In this document: piece after piece, positions 13,015 to 26,577 of the stretch
How positions within the stretch are numbered: the stretch's first letter is position 1
How the letters are laid out: each line of letters starts with the position of its first letter
DNA from: Leucoraja erinacea
Lineage: Eukaryota
Length of the DNA: 64,000 nucleotides
Assembly: GCF_028641065.1 (NCBI RefSeq)
Contig: NC_073389.1
Span: 4,154,001-4,218,000, forward strand
Reading direction: 5' to 3'
Notes under the pieces: generated by a model
The model's database searches: none
What the model was told of the DNA's origin: nothing
Seen by the model: only the letters and a program-made list of their open reading frames with translations
Made by a program: the position numbers and the translations under genes

Positions 13015-13745
13015 ATAGACATAGAAAATAGGTGCAGGAGGAGGCCATTCAGCCCTTCGAGCCAGCATGTGATCATAGCCCAATCAATAACCCGTGCAGG
13101 CCATCTCCCCATATCCCTTGACTCCACTAGCCCCTAGATCTCTATCTTATGCCCCTGTCCCACTTAGGAAACCTGAACGGAAACCTCTGGAGACTTTGCG
13201 CCCCACCCAAGGTTTCTGTGCAGTTCCCGGAGGTTGCAGGTAGTTGCCGGAGGTTGCAGGTAGTGGAAGCAGGTAGAGAGACTGCCAAAAACCTCCGGGA
13301 ACCGCACGGAAACCTTAGGTGGGGCGCAAAGTCTCCAGAGGTTTCCGTTCAGGTTTCCTATGTGGGACAGGGGCATAATTCTCTCTTAAATCCATCCCGT
13401 GACTTGGCCTCCACTGCCCGATGTGGCAGGGAATTCCACAAATTCACAACTCTCTGGGTGAAAACGTTTTTTCTCACCTCAGTCTTAAATGGCCTCCCCT
13501 TTATTCTAAGGCTGTGGCCCCTGGTTCTGGACTCGCCCAACATTGGGAACATTGTTCCTGCATCTAGCCTGTCCAGTCATTTTATAATGTTATGTTTCTA
13601 TAAGATATCCCCTCATCCTTCTAAACTCCAGTGAATACAAGCCTAGTCTTTTCAATCCTTCCTCATATGACAGTCCCGCCATCCCAGGGATCAATCTCGT
13701 GAACCTACGCTACTCTGCCTCAATCACAAGGATGTCCTTCCTCAC
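13015..13745 (-). mobile_element. CR1-clade LINE 3' fragment split by a MITE
   Basis: Minus-strand MFPMLGESRTRGHSLRIKGR peptide; host sequence resumes across 13150-13375. Confidence 0.85.
13150..13375. mobile_element. PIF/Harbinger-type palindromic MITE
   Basis: Near-perfect arms of more than 70 bp starting TGCCCCTGTCCCAC; flanks tta/taa (TWA-type TSD). Confidence 0.85.
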
Positions 13746-14821
13746 ATTTCTTGGCAAAATCAATGAATGAGGCTTAATTATGTGTTAGCTAAAGTGTACA
13801 TGGTTTATGTAATGTAAGGATGGCCATCCATGTAGTTGCCAGCTCATTATTGTAATCTTTAGCTCATTAATACAGAGATGGAATTTTGGCAATGATGTAT
13901 TTACTGAATGAACACATAACTCCGATACAGTGCATTTTGTTGTGAAATTTCAGATACACCTCACATCCTCAAGACAGAAATAGGTTCCATTTAAAACATG
14001 CAGAGTTTATAACCAGGGGTTTAAGTTATTCACCGACAACCGCATTATAGCGAGGTGCTCCAAGACATGCCCGAACGTTTTTTTAACTGATACGAAACTG
14101 GGGAATTTCACAGAAAGCCATTGAATTAACATTAGTGACTTTTGCAAGATTTATTTCTAAAGAATGCATCTGCATAATGCTTCCAAAGATGCACAGCATC
14201 CTATGGTGCTAGTACAAGAAGAGACTGGACATAAATAAGTTAGGAGATGGTCAAATATCTCGTTGAAGAGTTTGGTGTAATGAAGCTTTTGAAAGTGTGA
14301 CACGGAGTAGTGGGACTTTGTTGTAAATGGCTTGGACAAGAATGTAGAGCAGGGATTCACAACTTTTTTTGTCCTGTTTACCCCTGGCAACTTTATAGCA
14401 CATAACAATGTCATTTCACTATTTTTATTAGTCAAGTCAAGTCAAGTCAAGTCAAGAGAGTTTATTGTCATGTGTCCCAGATAGGACAACAAAATAGGAC
14501 AACGAAATTCTTGCATGCTGCAGCACAACAGGATATTGTAGGCATGAATACAGAACAGATCAGTGTGTCCATATAACCATAGATATTATATAAACACACA
14601 CATAATTAAACAGATAGAGTGCAAGGGAGACTAAAAATTTAAGAAGGAACTGCAGATGCTGGAAAATCGAAGGTAGACAAAAATGCTGGAGAAACTCAGT
14701 GGGTGCAGCATCTATGGAGCGAAGGAAATAGGCAACGTTTCGGACCGATACCCTTCTTCCATCCAGCATTTTTTGCTACCTTTGATTTTGCAGCATCTGC
14801 AGTTCCTTCTTGAAGATAAAT

Positions 14822-15235
14822 TGCAGTAGGTTGTTATAGTTCAGAGTTTGTTTGAAGTAGTGTTTAATAGTCTGATGGCTGTGGGGAAGTAGCTGTTCCT
14901 GAACCTGGATGTTGCAGATTTCAGGCTCCTGTACCTTCTACCCGATGGCAGCGGAGAGATGAGTGTGTGGCCAGGATGGTGTGGGTCCTTGATGATGCTG
15001 CCAGCCTTTTTGAGGCAGCGACTGTGATAGATCCCCTCGATGGTAGGGAGGTCAGAGCCGATGATGGACTGGGCAGTGCTTACTACTTTTTGCAGTCTTT
15101 TCTGCTCCTGGACGCTCAAGTTGCTGAACCAAGCCACGATGCAACCGGTCAGCATGCTCTCTACTGTGCACCTGTAGAAGTTCGAGAGAGTCCTCTTTGA
15201 CATGCCGACTCTCCGTAATCTTCTCAAGAAGTAGA
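14822..15235 (-). mobile_element. Rex1/Babar-like LINE 3' fragment
   Basis: NFYRCTVESMLTGCIVAWF...KDPHHPGH...LPSGRRYRS. Confidence 0.8.
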
Positions 15236-16349
15236 CTCAGAGTCTGAAGAAAAGTCTTAACCTGAACCTATTCCTTTTCTCCAGAGATGTTGTCGGTTCC
15301 GCTGAGTTACTGCAGTTTCTTGTGTCGATCTTCAGCTGAGAGTTACTGTTCAGTTAAACTCATGAGAATATTTGCTATTTTATTGCATCAGTTCATGCCA
15401 AAAGGGATATTTTGAAATGATGGTGCAAATGTTTATGAACATTGTGAAAAATGATGCAAAGGGGTGCAGAAGAGATTCACCAGGATGTTACCTGGGCTTG
15501 CGGGCTTGAGTTATACCTGGAGGTTGGATAGGCTGGGACATTCTTCTTTGGATCGTAGGAGGCTGAGGGGCGACCCTATTGAGGTGTACAAGATCATGAG
15601 GGGCACGGATAAAGTGAACACTCACAGTGCTTTTCCCACGGTAGAGGATTCTAAAACTAGAGGGCACAGGCTTAAGGCGAGAGTGGAGAGATTTAAGAGA
15701 TACATCAGGGCAATTTTTTCACTCAGAGGGTGTAATCCATATCTGTAATGAGTTGCCTGAGGAAGCGGATACATTTACAAGAATGAAAGTACATCAGTAT
15801 CGATATATGAATGGGAAGGGTTTCATGTGATACAGGCTCAATGTCGGATAATTGGACGAGCAACTTGGTCAGCATGGACAAGGTGGGCTGAAGGGCCTGA
15901 TTCCGTGCTGGAAAGTGAAAAGACAATACATGATTACAATCGAGCCATCCACAGTGGTAAAGGGAATAACATGAATAATGTCTAGTGCAAGATAAAGCAT
16001 GTAAAGTCCAATCAAAGATAGTCTCCGATGAGTTAGAGGCAGCTCTCTAGATGCAGTAGGATGGTTCTGTTGCATGATAACAGCTGGGAAGATACTGGTT
16101 TGTGTGATGGTCTGGGCTGCATCCACAATTCTCTGCAATTCCTTGCGGTCTTGGGTGGAGCTGTTCCCAAACCATGCTGTGATGCATCCTGATAAAATGC
16201 CAAACTTCTGAAGCTTTCTAAGGCATTTAAGAGGCTTTTGGATAGGCACAAGTGTTGCAGGGAATGGAGGATATGTGCAAGTAGATAATTAGTGTTCAGC
16301 ACGGATATTGTGGGCTGAAGGGCCTGTTCCTATGCTGTACTGTTCTATG

Positions 16350-17207
16350 TGGCAAGAACAAGGAGGCAGATTATTATCTCAAGGTGTCAGATTTGGAAAA
16401 AGGGAGGTGCAACGAGACCTGGGCATCCTTGTACACCTGTCACTGAAAGTAAACAAGCAGGTACAGCAGGCAGTGAAGAAAGCTAATGGCATGTTGGCCT
16501 TCATAACAAGAGGATTTCAGTATAGGAGTAAAGAGGTCCTTCTGCAGTTGTACAGGGTCCTGGTGAGACCACATCTGGAGTATTGTGTGCAGTTTTGGTC
16601 TGCTAATTTGAGGAAGGACATCCTTGCTATTGAGGCAGTGCAGCGTAGGTTGATGAGGTTAATCTCCGAGATGGCGGGACTGTCATATGAGGAAAGGTTG
16701 GAAAAACTGGGCTTGTATTCACTGGAGTTTAGAAGGATGAGGGGGATCTTATAGAAACATATAAAATTATAAAAGGACTGGACAAGCTAGATGCAGGAAA
16801 AATGTTCCCAATGTTGGGCGAGTCCAGAACCAGGGGCCACAGTCTAAGAATAAAGGGGAAGCCATTTAAAACTGAGATGGGAAAAAAACGTTTTCACCCA
16901 GAGAGTTGCGAATTTGTGGAATTCCCTGCCACAGATGGCAGTGGAGGCCAAATCACTGGATGAATTCATAGGAGTTCAGATTCAGATTCAGCTTCAATTT
17001 TAATTGTCATTGTCAGTGTACAGTACAAAGACAACAAAATGCATTTAGCTAGATAGAGCTCTAGGGGCTAGTAGAATCAAGGGACATGGGGAGAAGGCAC
17101 CATGGGTTACTGATTGGGGATGATCAGCCATGATCACAATGAATGGCGGTGCTGGCTCAAAGGGCCGAATGGCCTCCTCCTGCACCTACTGTCTATGTTT
17201 CTATGTT
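16350..17207 (+). mobile_element. CR1-clade LINE 3' fragment
   Basis: QRDLGILVH...AVKKANGMLAFI...[14 protein letters not shown]; CR1 3' UTR and tail. Confidence 0.9.
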
Positions 17208-18621
17208 CTACATTCTATTTTGCCAGGAGCTGAGCTGAGCTGAGCATGGTTTGTGTAGGTTCTGTGGGTTACCTGAAACTCATTATTGAAACAAGACGAG
17301 ATGATTCACAAGGGTGGAACCCCCTCACAGTGCCTCAGCAATGTTGAGCGTTTAGCCGTGCAGTCATTGTGGTCGTGTAGGGAGCGTCTGACAAATTCCA
17401 CACTGAGGCCAGTTGACAATTATGCAAAACACCAAGAGCTGGAGGAACTCGGTGGGTCTGCCCGCATCTGCGGAGGGAATGGACGGACGTTGTTTCCTAG
17501 CCTGCCCAGCCTCTCCCTGCAGCTCAGGCCCGCGCATGCTGGCATCTCATGGCTGGCGTTGCCCGCAGTGTAGTTTACAGCTTGCTGCTTCTCGTGCATC
17601 GCAGGTGTTCACTACAGGTGCCGCTGGATCTTCTAGACAAAGACCACCGTGATGTTGCCAGGGATCCGACCATCACCTCAACCTCACCACTGGGCCAATC
17701 CAGAGAGTGGTAGAATCTGGCTGTTGTTGTAGATTCTTAGCCAAGGAGACTGGCCCTTTGGCCCAACTCGTCCATACTAACCAACATGTCCCATCTAAAC
17801 TAGTCCCACCTGCCCGCGTTTGGCCCATATCCGTCAGAGCCTTTCCTATCCATGTACCTATCCAAATCTCTTAAATGTTGTTATAGTCCCTGCCTCAACT
17901 ACCTCCTCTGGCAGCTCGTTCCATACACCCACCACCCTTTGTGTGGAAAAGTTGACTCAATTTTCTATTGAATCTTTCCCCTCACCTATTCCCTTACTCT
18001 GGGTAAAAGACTCTGTGCATTCAGCTTGTCTATTCCTCTCGTGATTTTATACACCTCTCCAAGATCACCCTCTTCATCCTGTTCTTCACCATTGTCTGTT
18101 TCATTTCATATATTGGACACTTTTAACAGTAATGTCACTGATTTTGAGAGCAGCCACATTTCCACCAAGTCCCAACTTGCCCAACCTCTCCCTTGTAGCT
18201 CAGGCACTCAGGCCCTGGCAACATTCCCGTAAATCTTGTCTGCACTGCACTCTTTCCAGAGTTGTTCCTGACATTGTTCGTGTAGCAGGGGTCCTTGGCA
18301 ACACCCGTGCGAATCTTCTCTGTGACGATGAGAGTCCAGGGTCCCCCCAGCTCCAGGCAGCCCCTGGTGCGGTGTCCCATGGAGCTCACCACCAGTGTTG
18401 GCACTCTCGGACCATGTGGTGCTTGGGGCAGCACCTCCGTTGCAGGCTGGCATCAGTTGCACCCATGGTGCGATGGTAGCCTGCGAGGGACCCCATACCG
18501 TCCACGTTCAGCTTGCCATCGCACGTAAAGCGTTGCGTTGCCCCGAGGACGTTTCACTGAGACCTGCCACGGTGCGACCATTCAGCAGCAACCACAAACC
18601 TCCACACGCCTAGGTGATTGA

Positions 18622-18915
18622 CACAGTGGCGCAGCTGTAGAGCTGCTGCCTCACAGCGCCAGAGTCCCGGGTTAGATCCTGACTATGGGTACTGTCTCTG
18701 TGGAGTTTGCACGTTCTCCCTGTGACCGCGTGGGTTTTCTCCGGTGCTCCCTCCCGGTTTTCTCCCACATACCAAAGACGTGCAGGTGTGTATGTTTTTT
18801 TGGCTTGTGTAAATTGTCCCGTAGTGTGTAGGATAGTCCAGTGTTTGGGTGATCTGTGGTCAGCAAGGACTCGGTGGGTTGAAGAGCCTGTATCTCTAAA
18901 GTAAGCTAAACTAAA
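18622..18915 (+). mobile_element. HE1/V-SINE-type SINE
   Basis: A box tggcgcagctg, B box-like ggttagatcc, (aaact)n tail. Confidence 0.8.
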
Positions 18916-19037
18916 TCTGCAGGAGGACAGTGCCGGCTGTCGTCTATGCACTTCAAACGGTGTCTCATGGAGCTCACATACCACAGGCTGATGTGCTGAA
19001 ACTCCTGAATTGAATTGAATTGAATAAATGCTATTAG

Positions 19038-19672
19038 TCAAGTATGTACACATACAATGAATTTGCCTTGGTGCTTTGCTCGCAAGTACAACACAATATA
19101 CAGTAAAAATAATACATTATAATTTACACATGTGAAGAATGAAATAAAATACCAGATCAAAGGGAGGCTACAGACTTTTAGCTGTTGAGTAGAGCTACTG
19201 CTCGTGGAAAAAAAGCTGTTTTTATGTCCGGCTTTGACAATCCGGAGTCGCCTTCCAGAGGGAAGTGATTCAAAGAGTTTGTGGCCCAGGGTGAGAGGGG
19301 TCAGAGATGATCTTACCCACTCGCTTCCTGGCCCTTGCAGTGTACAGTTCATCAATGGAGGGAAGGTTGCAGCCAATAACCTTCTCTGCTGATCGGACGA
19401 TTCGCTGCAGCCTCCGGATGTCGTGCTTGGTGGCTGAGCCAAACCAGACCATGATGGAGAAGGTGAGGACAGACTCTACGATGGCCGTGTAGAATTGGAC
19501 CATCATTACCTGAGGCAGATTGTGTTTTCTCAGCTGCTGCAGGAAGTACATCCTCTGTTGGGCCTTTTTGACTGTGGAGTCGATGGTGGCCTCCCATTTA
19601 AGGTCCTTGGAGATGATGGTTCCAAGCAAGTTAAATGACTCCACAGATGTGACAATGGTGTTGTTGATGGTG
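19038..19672 (-). mobile_element. Rex1/Babar-like LINE 3' fragment, same family as 7905-8370
   Basis: KKAQQRMYFL..LRKHNLPQ.MMVQFYTAIVESVLTFSIMVWFG. Confidence 0.85.
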
Positions 19673-19826
19673 AGTGGGCCTCACACCCTCACTCCCCATG
19701 CACCGCACCACCACGCCTGCTCCAGCAAAGAAAGTTTGGAGTAACTCAGTGGCTCAGGCAGCATCTCTGGAGAATACGAACACCTATCCTTTGTCTCCAG
19801 AGCCTGACCTGCCGAGTTACTCCATC

Positions 19827-19969
19827 ATGTTTAAGAAGGAACTGCAGATGCTGGAAAATCGTAGGTAGATAAAAATGCTGGAGAAACTCAGCGGGTGCGA
19901 CAGCATCTATGGAGCGAAGGAAATAGGCAACGTTTCGGGCTTAAACCCTTCTTCAGACTGATGTAGGGT

Positions 19970-20001
<32 letters not shown>

Positions 20002-20150
20002 CTGAGTCTGAATCTGAGAGTCTGAGGAAGGGTTTCAGCCCGAAACGTTGCCTATTTCCTTCGCTCCATAGATGCTGCTGCACCCGCTGAGTTTCTCCAG
20101 CATTTTTATCTACCTTCGATTTTCCAGCATCTGCAGTTCCTTCTTAAACA
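19827..20150. mobile_element. Foldback pair of Penelope-type terminal repeats around a poly(G) tract
   Basis: tgtttaagaaggaactgcagatgctgg... and its reverse complement ...cagttccttcttaaaca; poly(G) at about 19970-20001. Confidence 0.75.
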
Positions 20151-20483
20151 TCACAGTTCATGTGGTAGTTTGGCCCATTTCAAAATCAAAATCTGAAGTA
20201 AACTAAATAGATTCATACAACATGGAAACAGGCCCTCTGGCCCAACTTGCCCATCCCGACCAACATGCCCCATCTACACTAGCCCTGTCCATGTTTGGCC
20301 CATATCCCTCTGAATCTTTCCAACCCATGTACCTTTCCCAATGTATTTTTAAATGTAATTGTGGTACCGTTAAAACGTCGTTAAACGTTGTTGAGCTGTC
20401 TCTAGTGCTCAAGGTTTTGTATGAGGAACGGCAATACAAGTATGTCATGCCTTTTCATGTTTTAGAAACATCTGGTGATATAG

Positions 20484-21055
20484 TTGTACAGGGTCTTGGT
20501 GAGACCACACCTGGAGTATTGCGTACAGTTTCGGTCTCCAAATCCGAGGAAGGACATTTTGCCATAGAGGGAGTGCAGAGACGGTTCACCAGACTGATTC
20601 CTGGGATGTCAGGACTGTCTTATGAAGAAAGCCTGGATAGACTTGGTTTATACTCTCTAGAATTTAGAAGATTGAGAGGGGATCTTATAGAAACTTACAA
20701 AATTCTTAAGGGGTTGGACAGGCTAGATGCAGGAAGATTGCTCCCGATGTTGGGGAAGTCCAGGACCAGGGGTCACAGCTTAAGGATAAAGGGGCAATCC
20801 TTTAAAACCGAGATGAGAAGAACTTTTTTCACACAGAGACTGGTGAATCTCTGGAACATCTCTGCCACAGAGGGTAGTTGAGGCCAGTTCATTGGCTATA
20901 TTTAAGAGGGAGTTAGATGTGGCCCTTGTGGCTAAGGGGAGCAGGGGGTATGGAGAGAAGGCAGGTACGGGCTACTGAATTGGATGATCAGCCAGATTTT
21001 GAATGGCGGTGCGGCAAGGGCCGAATGGCCTACTCCTGCACCTAATTTCTATGTT
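20484..21055 (+). mobile_element. CR1-clade LINE 3' fragment
   Basis: [23 protein letters not shown]...KSRTRGHSLRIKG. Confidence 0.9.
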
Positions 21056-23330
21056 TTAGAAGCTATCTTTCTATTCTTTGTGCAAAGAACACACAGTGCT
21101 GGAGGAACTCGGCGGGGTCAGGCAGCATCGGTGGGGGAAATTGACAGGCAACGTTCTGGGGCGTGGCCCTTCATTGCCTTCACAGATGCTGCCTGACCCA
21201 CTGAGTTCCTCCAGTACGTTGCATTTTGCTCACGATTCCAGCACCTGCAGTTCCTCGTGTCTCTAAGATTCACTGAGCAGAGGTTGCAGCTATTTTTCTG
21301 TAGGTGGTGGCAGTGTTTTTGTGCTGGCTCACAAGAGGCCTGTTGTTATCCATCTTCACACAGTTTCCACACAGTGCTTGTGTGTGCCCTCACACCAGCT
21401 ACGCACTGAAAGTGGAACTGAAAACGCTTGGGGCTTCGTGATGGAACAAGAAGCAACATAACAAAGTCATTTTTCACACAATACCACTCACGTTCTCCCC
21501 AGTAATGATAAAACAATATCACATGGTCAGAATGCGTAGGTAGGAACTGAGGTCCATTATGGAGTCCGCCCTTCCTGAGGTCATCTGCTGCCGACCCTGT
21601 TTAGCCTGAAGAAGGGGTCCCACCCAAAACGACACCTATTCCTTCCATCCAGAGATTCTGCCTGACCCGCTGAGTTACTCCAGCATTTTGTGTCTAGCAT
21701 AGACAGAAGGCTTTCAGTACATTGGCCTTCATCAGTACAGAGTGCAGCAACGAAAAATTGCAGGCGCTGATTTATACCGAAGATAGACACAAATGCTGGA
21801 GTAACTCAACGGGTCGGGCATCATCTCTGGAGAAAAAGGATGGCCGCCATTTTGGGTCAGGACCCTTCTTCAGACTGACCCAAAACCTTGCCCGTCCTTT
21901 TTCTCCAGAGATGGTCCTGAGCCAGTGAGTTACTTCAGCACTTTGTGACCATGTTAAGTAGAGAGGTTGGGTTGTTATGTCACAGTTTTACAAGTCATTA
22001 GTAAGGCCACATGCAGCATATTGTCGGTGCACAAAAATGGTGGAGAAACTCAGCGGGTGCAGCAGCAGTATCTATGGAGCGAAGGAAATAGGCAACGTTT
22101 CGGGCCGAAACCCTTCTTCAGACATATTGTCATCTGTTTTGCTCACTCTGTTGTCGGAAGGATGTCATTAAGTTGGAAAAAGCGCAGAGAAGATTTTCAA
22201 GGATGTTGCCAGGACTTGAGGGGCTGGGCTACAAGGAGAGGTTGGGGCAGACTAGGACACTATTCCTTGGAGTGCAGGAGGCTGAAGGGGTGATCTTGTA
22301 GAGATGTATCAGATCATGAGTGGAATAGATAGGGTTAATGTATGTGATGTTTAACACAGAGTAGGGGAATCAAGAACCAGGAATAGGTTTAAAGTGGGAG
22401 GGACAAGATTTAGTACAAACCTGAGGGGAAACTTTTCACTTAGAGGGCAGTGAATCTATGTCATAAAATCATGAGGAGAATAGATGGGGCGAGTTGGGCC
22501 GAAGGGCCTCTTTCCGTGCTGTATAACTCTATACCAATTACAAGTACTACACTGTCGTTGCTTCAGATAGATTGCATGAGCTCTGGCTCAGCCTCTATCC
22601 CAACTTCATGGATTCACCTCCCTCTGAAGAACCCAACCATCCAGGCAGCTGGTCCAGTCCAATCCTGAGGCTGCACCATTTTATATGAAAGTTGTGATGA
22701 GAAGGCCACGAGTGTCGTTTCAAATGGATATAAAAGATAATAATTCATCAACGAACAGGCACAGAAAGAAGCTGGGGAGAGGCTGTTCTTGAACCTGGAG
22801 GTGATGGTTTTCAGGCTCCTGTACCTCCTTCCCTCAGTGGCATGAGGGTTTGGCCGGGGTGGTGTGGGTCTTTGATGATGCTGGCTGCCTTCTTGAGGCA
22901 GTGCCAACTGTAGACCCCTTTGACCATGGGGGCATCTTCACTCGTGATTCTCGTGCTGGACAGTGTCTACCACTCTCTGTGGCCTCCTTAATTGTCACCC
23001 AGATAGTTTGTTAAGTGTAATGTGTAAAGACTCTCTGGAATCGCCACCATCACAGTGGGGCATTCTTCCACGCCCGCCTGATCACGGTCATGCCTGCTGC
23101 TGCCATCCACCCACTTGTCCTCAACCACAAACACTTCTACTATCCTGGCATGAACAAAAGGTCTCGTAGCAAGGAGATCTCGGCACTGCCTTCAGTAGCC
23201 ATGGCTACCACAACCAGTGGGCCTGCAGATGCTGGTTTACAAAACAATCCACAAAGTGCTGGAGTAACTCAGCGGGTCAGGCTGGTCTGAAATTCTCTTT
23301 GAACCCCAACCGAGAGCTGGAAGCCATGGG

Positions 23331-23459
23331 NNNNNNNNNNNNNNNNNNNNNNNNNNNNNNNNNNNNNNNNNNNNNNNNNNNNNNNNNNNNNNNNNNNNNN
23401 NNNNNNNNNNNNNNNNNNNNNNNNNNNNNNNNNNNNNNNNNNNNNNNNNNNNNNNNNNN
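23331..23459. other. Assembly gap (N run)
   Basis: Run of N. Confidence 1.
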
Positions 23460-23469
23460 CGCACCACCT

Positions 23470-24027
23470 TCACACACACACAGTCACATGAGGGTTTGGC
23501 CAGGGTGGTGTGGGACACACATGATGCTGGCTGCCACACACAGGCACACACACACACTGTACATACACCACAGTGATACACACACACACACAGTGATACA
23601 CACAGTGATACACACACCACACACTTAATTGTCACACCACACAGTTGACAAGTGTANNNNNNNNNNNNNNNNNNNNNNNNNNNNNNNNNNNNNNNNNNNN
23701 NNNNNNNNNNNNNNNNNNNNNNNNNNNNNNNNNNNNNNNNNNNNNNNNNNNNNNNNNNNNNNNNNNNNNNNNNNNNNNNNNNNNNNNNNNNNNNNNNNNN
23801 NNNNNNNNNNNNNNNNNNNNNNNNNNNNNNNNNNNNNNNNNNNNNNNNNNNNNNNNNNNNNNNNNNNNNNNNNNNNNNNNNNNNNNNNNNNNNNNNNNNN
23901 NNNNNNNNNNNNNNNNNNNNNNNNNNNNNNNNNNNNNNNNNNNNNNNNNNNNNNNNNTGGAAGCCTCACACACACAGCAAGTGTTGAGGGCACACACACA
24001 CACACACACACACACGCACGCACACAC

Positions 24028-24064
<37 letters not shown>
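23470..24064. repeat. (CA)n-rich microsatellite region spanning a gap
   Basis: Imperfect and pure CA runs, longest at 23991-24064. Confidence 0.95.
23657..23957. other. Assembly gap (N run)
   Basis: Run of N. Confidence 1.
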
Positions 24065-24068
<4 letters not shown>

Positions 24069-24605
24069 TTATTTAATTGCCGTTGCCATAATGAACAATG
24101 CAGAAGCCTATATTTAACATTTACAGAAGATGTTGGGACAGGTATATGGATGGAGGGTGTAGAGGTCCATGAGCCAAATGACAAATTGGACCAGCGCAAT
24201 GTTCCAACGTGTTGGATGGACAAGGTGGGCTGTGCTGCATATGTCCATGACTCTAAGAAGCTTTAGTTGAAGTGAATGCCCAGCCATAACTAGAGGCAGT
24301 GATGATGGGCATGGTCTCAGCTCAATGCCGTGAGCTCACCACAGGAGCCGCTGTGCCTGTGGACCAACAATGTTAGCCAGCTTTCCACTGCCTCTACTGC
24401 TGATGTCACGGAATCTGCTGAACTCATCAGAAAACTAATGGTTAGAAACAAATGTCAAAATGACTGCACCATTCCCGCAATGTTTACATGGACGTCACGT
24501 GTAAAATGGGGCTATCGGAAAAAGTTGCTCAGTGTAATCGTAGATTGTGAGTTTATCAATGCACTTATTACCTCCATATAACATTTAACAAAGCAGCATT
24601 AGTAA

Positions 24606-25502
24606 AGTCCCTGTCCCACTTTCATGACCTAATTGGCGACCTCTGCCGAGTTTGCCCTTGACTCGTACTCGCAGCATGGTCGCCAAGAGGTCGTAGGAGG
24701 TCTTCGTAACTCTTCCTCGTGCTCGAGAGTGGTCTCCACGTACCCGTGGCCTCAAGTAGGTCGCGGCATTTTTTCCAGCCTGATGGAAAAATGTCCGTGA
24801 GTGAAAAAAAGTTTGGCATGGAAAAAAATGATACTTTTTACACGTAGGTCGGTCGCAGGTAGGTCGTAGTAGGTGGTAGTTGTAGGCAGTCGTAGGTCAG
24901 TAACTGGCCTGAGGAAAAAAATGCAAACATGACATAATTTTATCATGTGATCATTTTCCACTCGTAGCTCGTCGTAGTTGGTCTTAGGTGTGGAAGACTT
25001 AGGTTGGTCAAGGTGGAGGTCGTAGACATAGTCGTAGGAGGTCTTTTACATCGGCATGTCAACACGGCCGTGACATTTTTTTCAACTCGTTTAGGGTCTT
25101 CTAAACTCGTGGACTAGGTCAGGGGTGGGCAACCTGCGGCCTTCTAGGCCATTAAGTGCGGCCTTTTGAATGAATCCAAATTTTGTAGAACAAATCCTTT
25201 TATTATTATTAATATGTTTTTGTTCATCTTTTATTATTGTTATTTTAATCTTAAAATGAACGTATTTAAAATACCAAAGAGTAAAAGAAGATTCAACAAA
25301 ATAATCCTCCCCGACTGATGGCCATAATTAAAATATTAGTAAGTCATGAGGGCTATTTTAACAAAACATTGTACATTTTGAAGTATATGTAATTGAAGTT
25401 TCTGGGATGCGGCCTTATTAGATTACAACTAACTTAATGCGGCATTCCAATATGAAAAGGTTCCCCACCCCTGGATTAGGTTGTCCAAGTGGGACAGGCA
25501 CG
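24606..25502. mobile_element. PIF/Harbinger-type MITE containing a nested hAT MITE
   Basis: TIRs ..CCTGTCCCACTT / AAGTGGGACAGG..; TAA at 24603-24605 and 25503-25505; interior gtcgtag repeats homologous to 56107-56554 in the opposite orientation. Confidence 0.85.
25120..25473. mobile_element. hAT-type MITE
   Basis: TIRs CAGGGGTGGG(C/G)AACCT; 8-bp TSD gactaggt (25112-25119) / gattaggt (25474-25481). Confidence 0.9.
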
Positions 25503-25778
25503 TAAAGGTCTGTGTGGTTGTCATTCTAGATTGAGAATGTTCTTACATTTTTAAAACATTTTGTTATTGAGATTTCTCACACCCCACTGATTAACGCACT
25601 GTGTGTAGAGTGTAAGAGAAGTTGGCGCCAAATTATCAGATCATTTAATGACTTTGTCATACCAGTGCACAGGAATCTACAGTGGCAAAGAACTTGGGTT
25701 TATTGAATGTCTCCGTGTCTCAGCATATTGAACAAATTATCTTTATTGATTTTTTTTAAATGGACTGATTGACCATTA

Positions 25779-26108
25779 AAGCCCTGTCCCACGGTACGCG
25801 TTCATTCAAGTGCTCTCCCGAGTTTAAAAAAAATCAAACTCGTGGTAAGTACGGAGAATGTACGTAGCGGGTACGTCGGAGCTCGGGGACGTCTCTTAGC
25901 GGCCCCTAACGCTAACGGCAGGCACTCGGGAAGACTCGCTAACGGCAGGTAAGCACGGGAAGACTCGTGAAGATTTTTCAACATGTTGAAAAATGTCCAC
26001 GAGAGCCCCCGAGTACTAACGAGCGGCCATTACCGTAAATCTCCACGTTCGAATCAGGGCAAACTTGGGAGAGCTCTTGGAATGAACTCGTACAGTGGGA
26101 CCTGGCTA
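25779..26108. mobile_element. PIF/Harbinger-type MITE
   Basis: AAGCCCTGTCCCAC terminus, TTA on both flanks; same subfamily as 37114-37412 and 52235-52414. Confidence 0.85.
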
Positions 26109-26577
26109 TTAAGAATCATTCTACATGCCACAAATTGGTCACCCTTCTTCAGGAAGCACGTCGTTAAGATGGAAGGAGTGCAGAGAAGATTTACGGGGAT
26201 GTTGCCAAGACTTGCGGGGCTGAGCTACAGGGAGAGGTTGGGCAGGCCATGGGACTTTATTCCTTGGAGCTCAGGAGGATGAGGGGTGATCTTATGAAGG
26301 TGAATAAAATCATGAGGGGAATAGATCGGGTGAATGAATAAAGACCTTTACCCATGGTAAGGGAATCAAGAACTATAGGGCACGGGTTTAAGGTGAGATG
26401 GGGAAGACATAACAGGAAGCAAAACAGAAAGGGCTGGAGGAATCCACGGGGTCAGGCAGTATCTGTGGAAGGAATGGACAGGCAACATTTTGGGTCAGGA
26501 CTCCTCCTAATACAGGAAGCAAAGGGTTCCATGCCAGGGATGTTCTCAGTCTTTAGGGAGCCCCCAGCTCTCCCATC

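Noticed and set aside
17549-17620. MAGVARSVVYSLLLLVH as CD247 signal-peptide exon
   Set aside because: The available donors are weak and in phase 2 or 0, whereas the TM exon needs phase 1.
23237-24223. Long ORFs in the track around 23.2-24.2 kb
   Set aside because: Artefacts of N runs and CA repeats.
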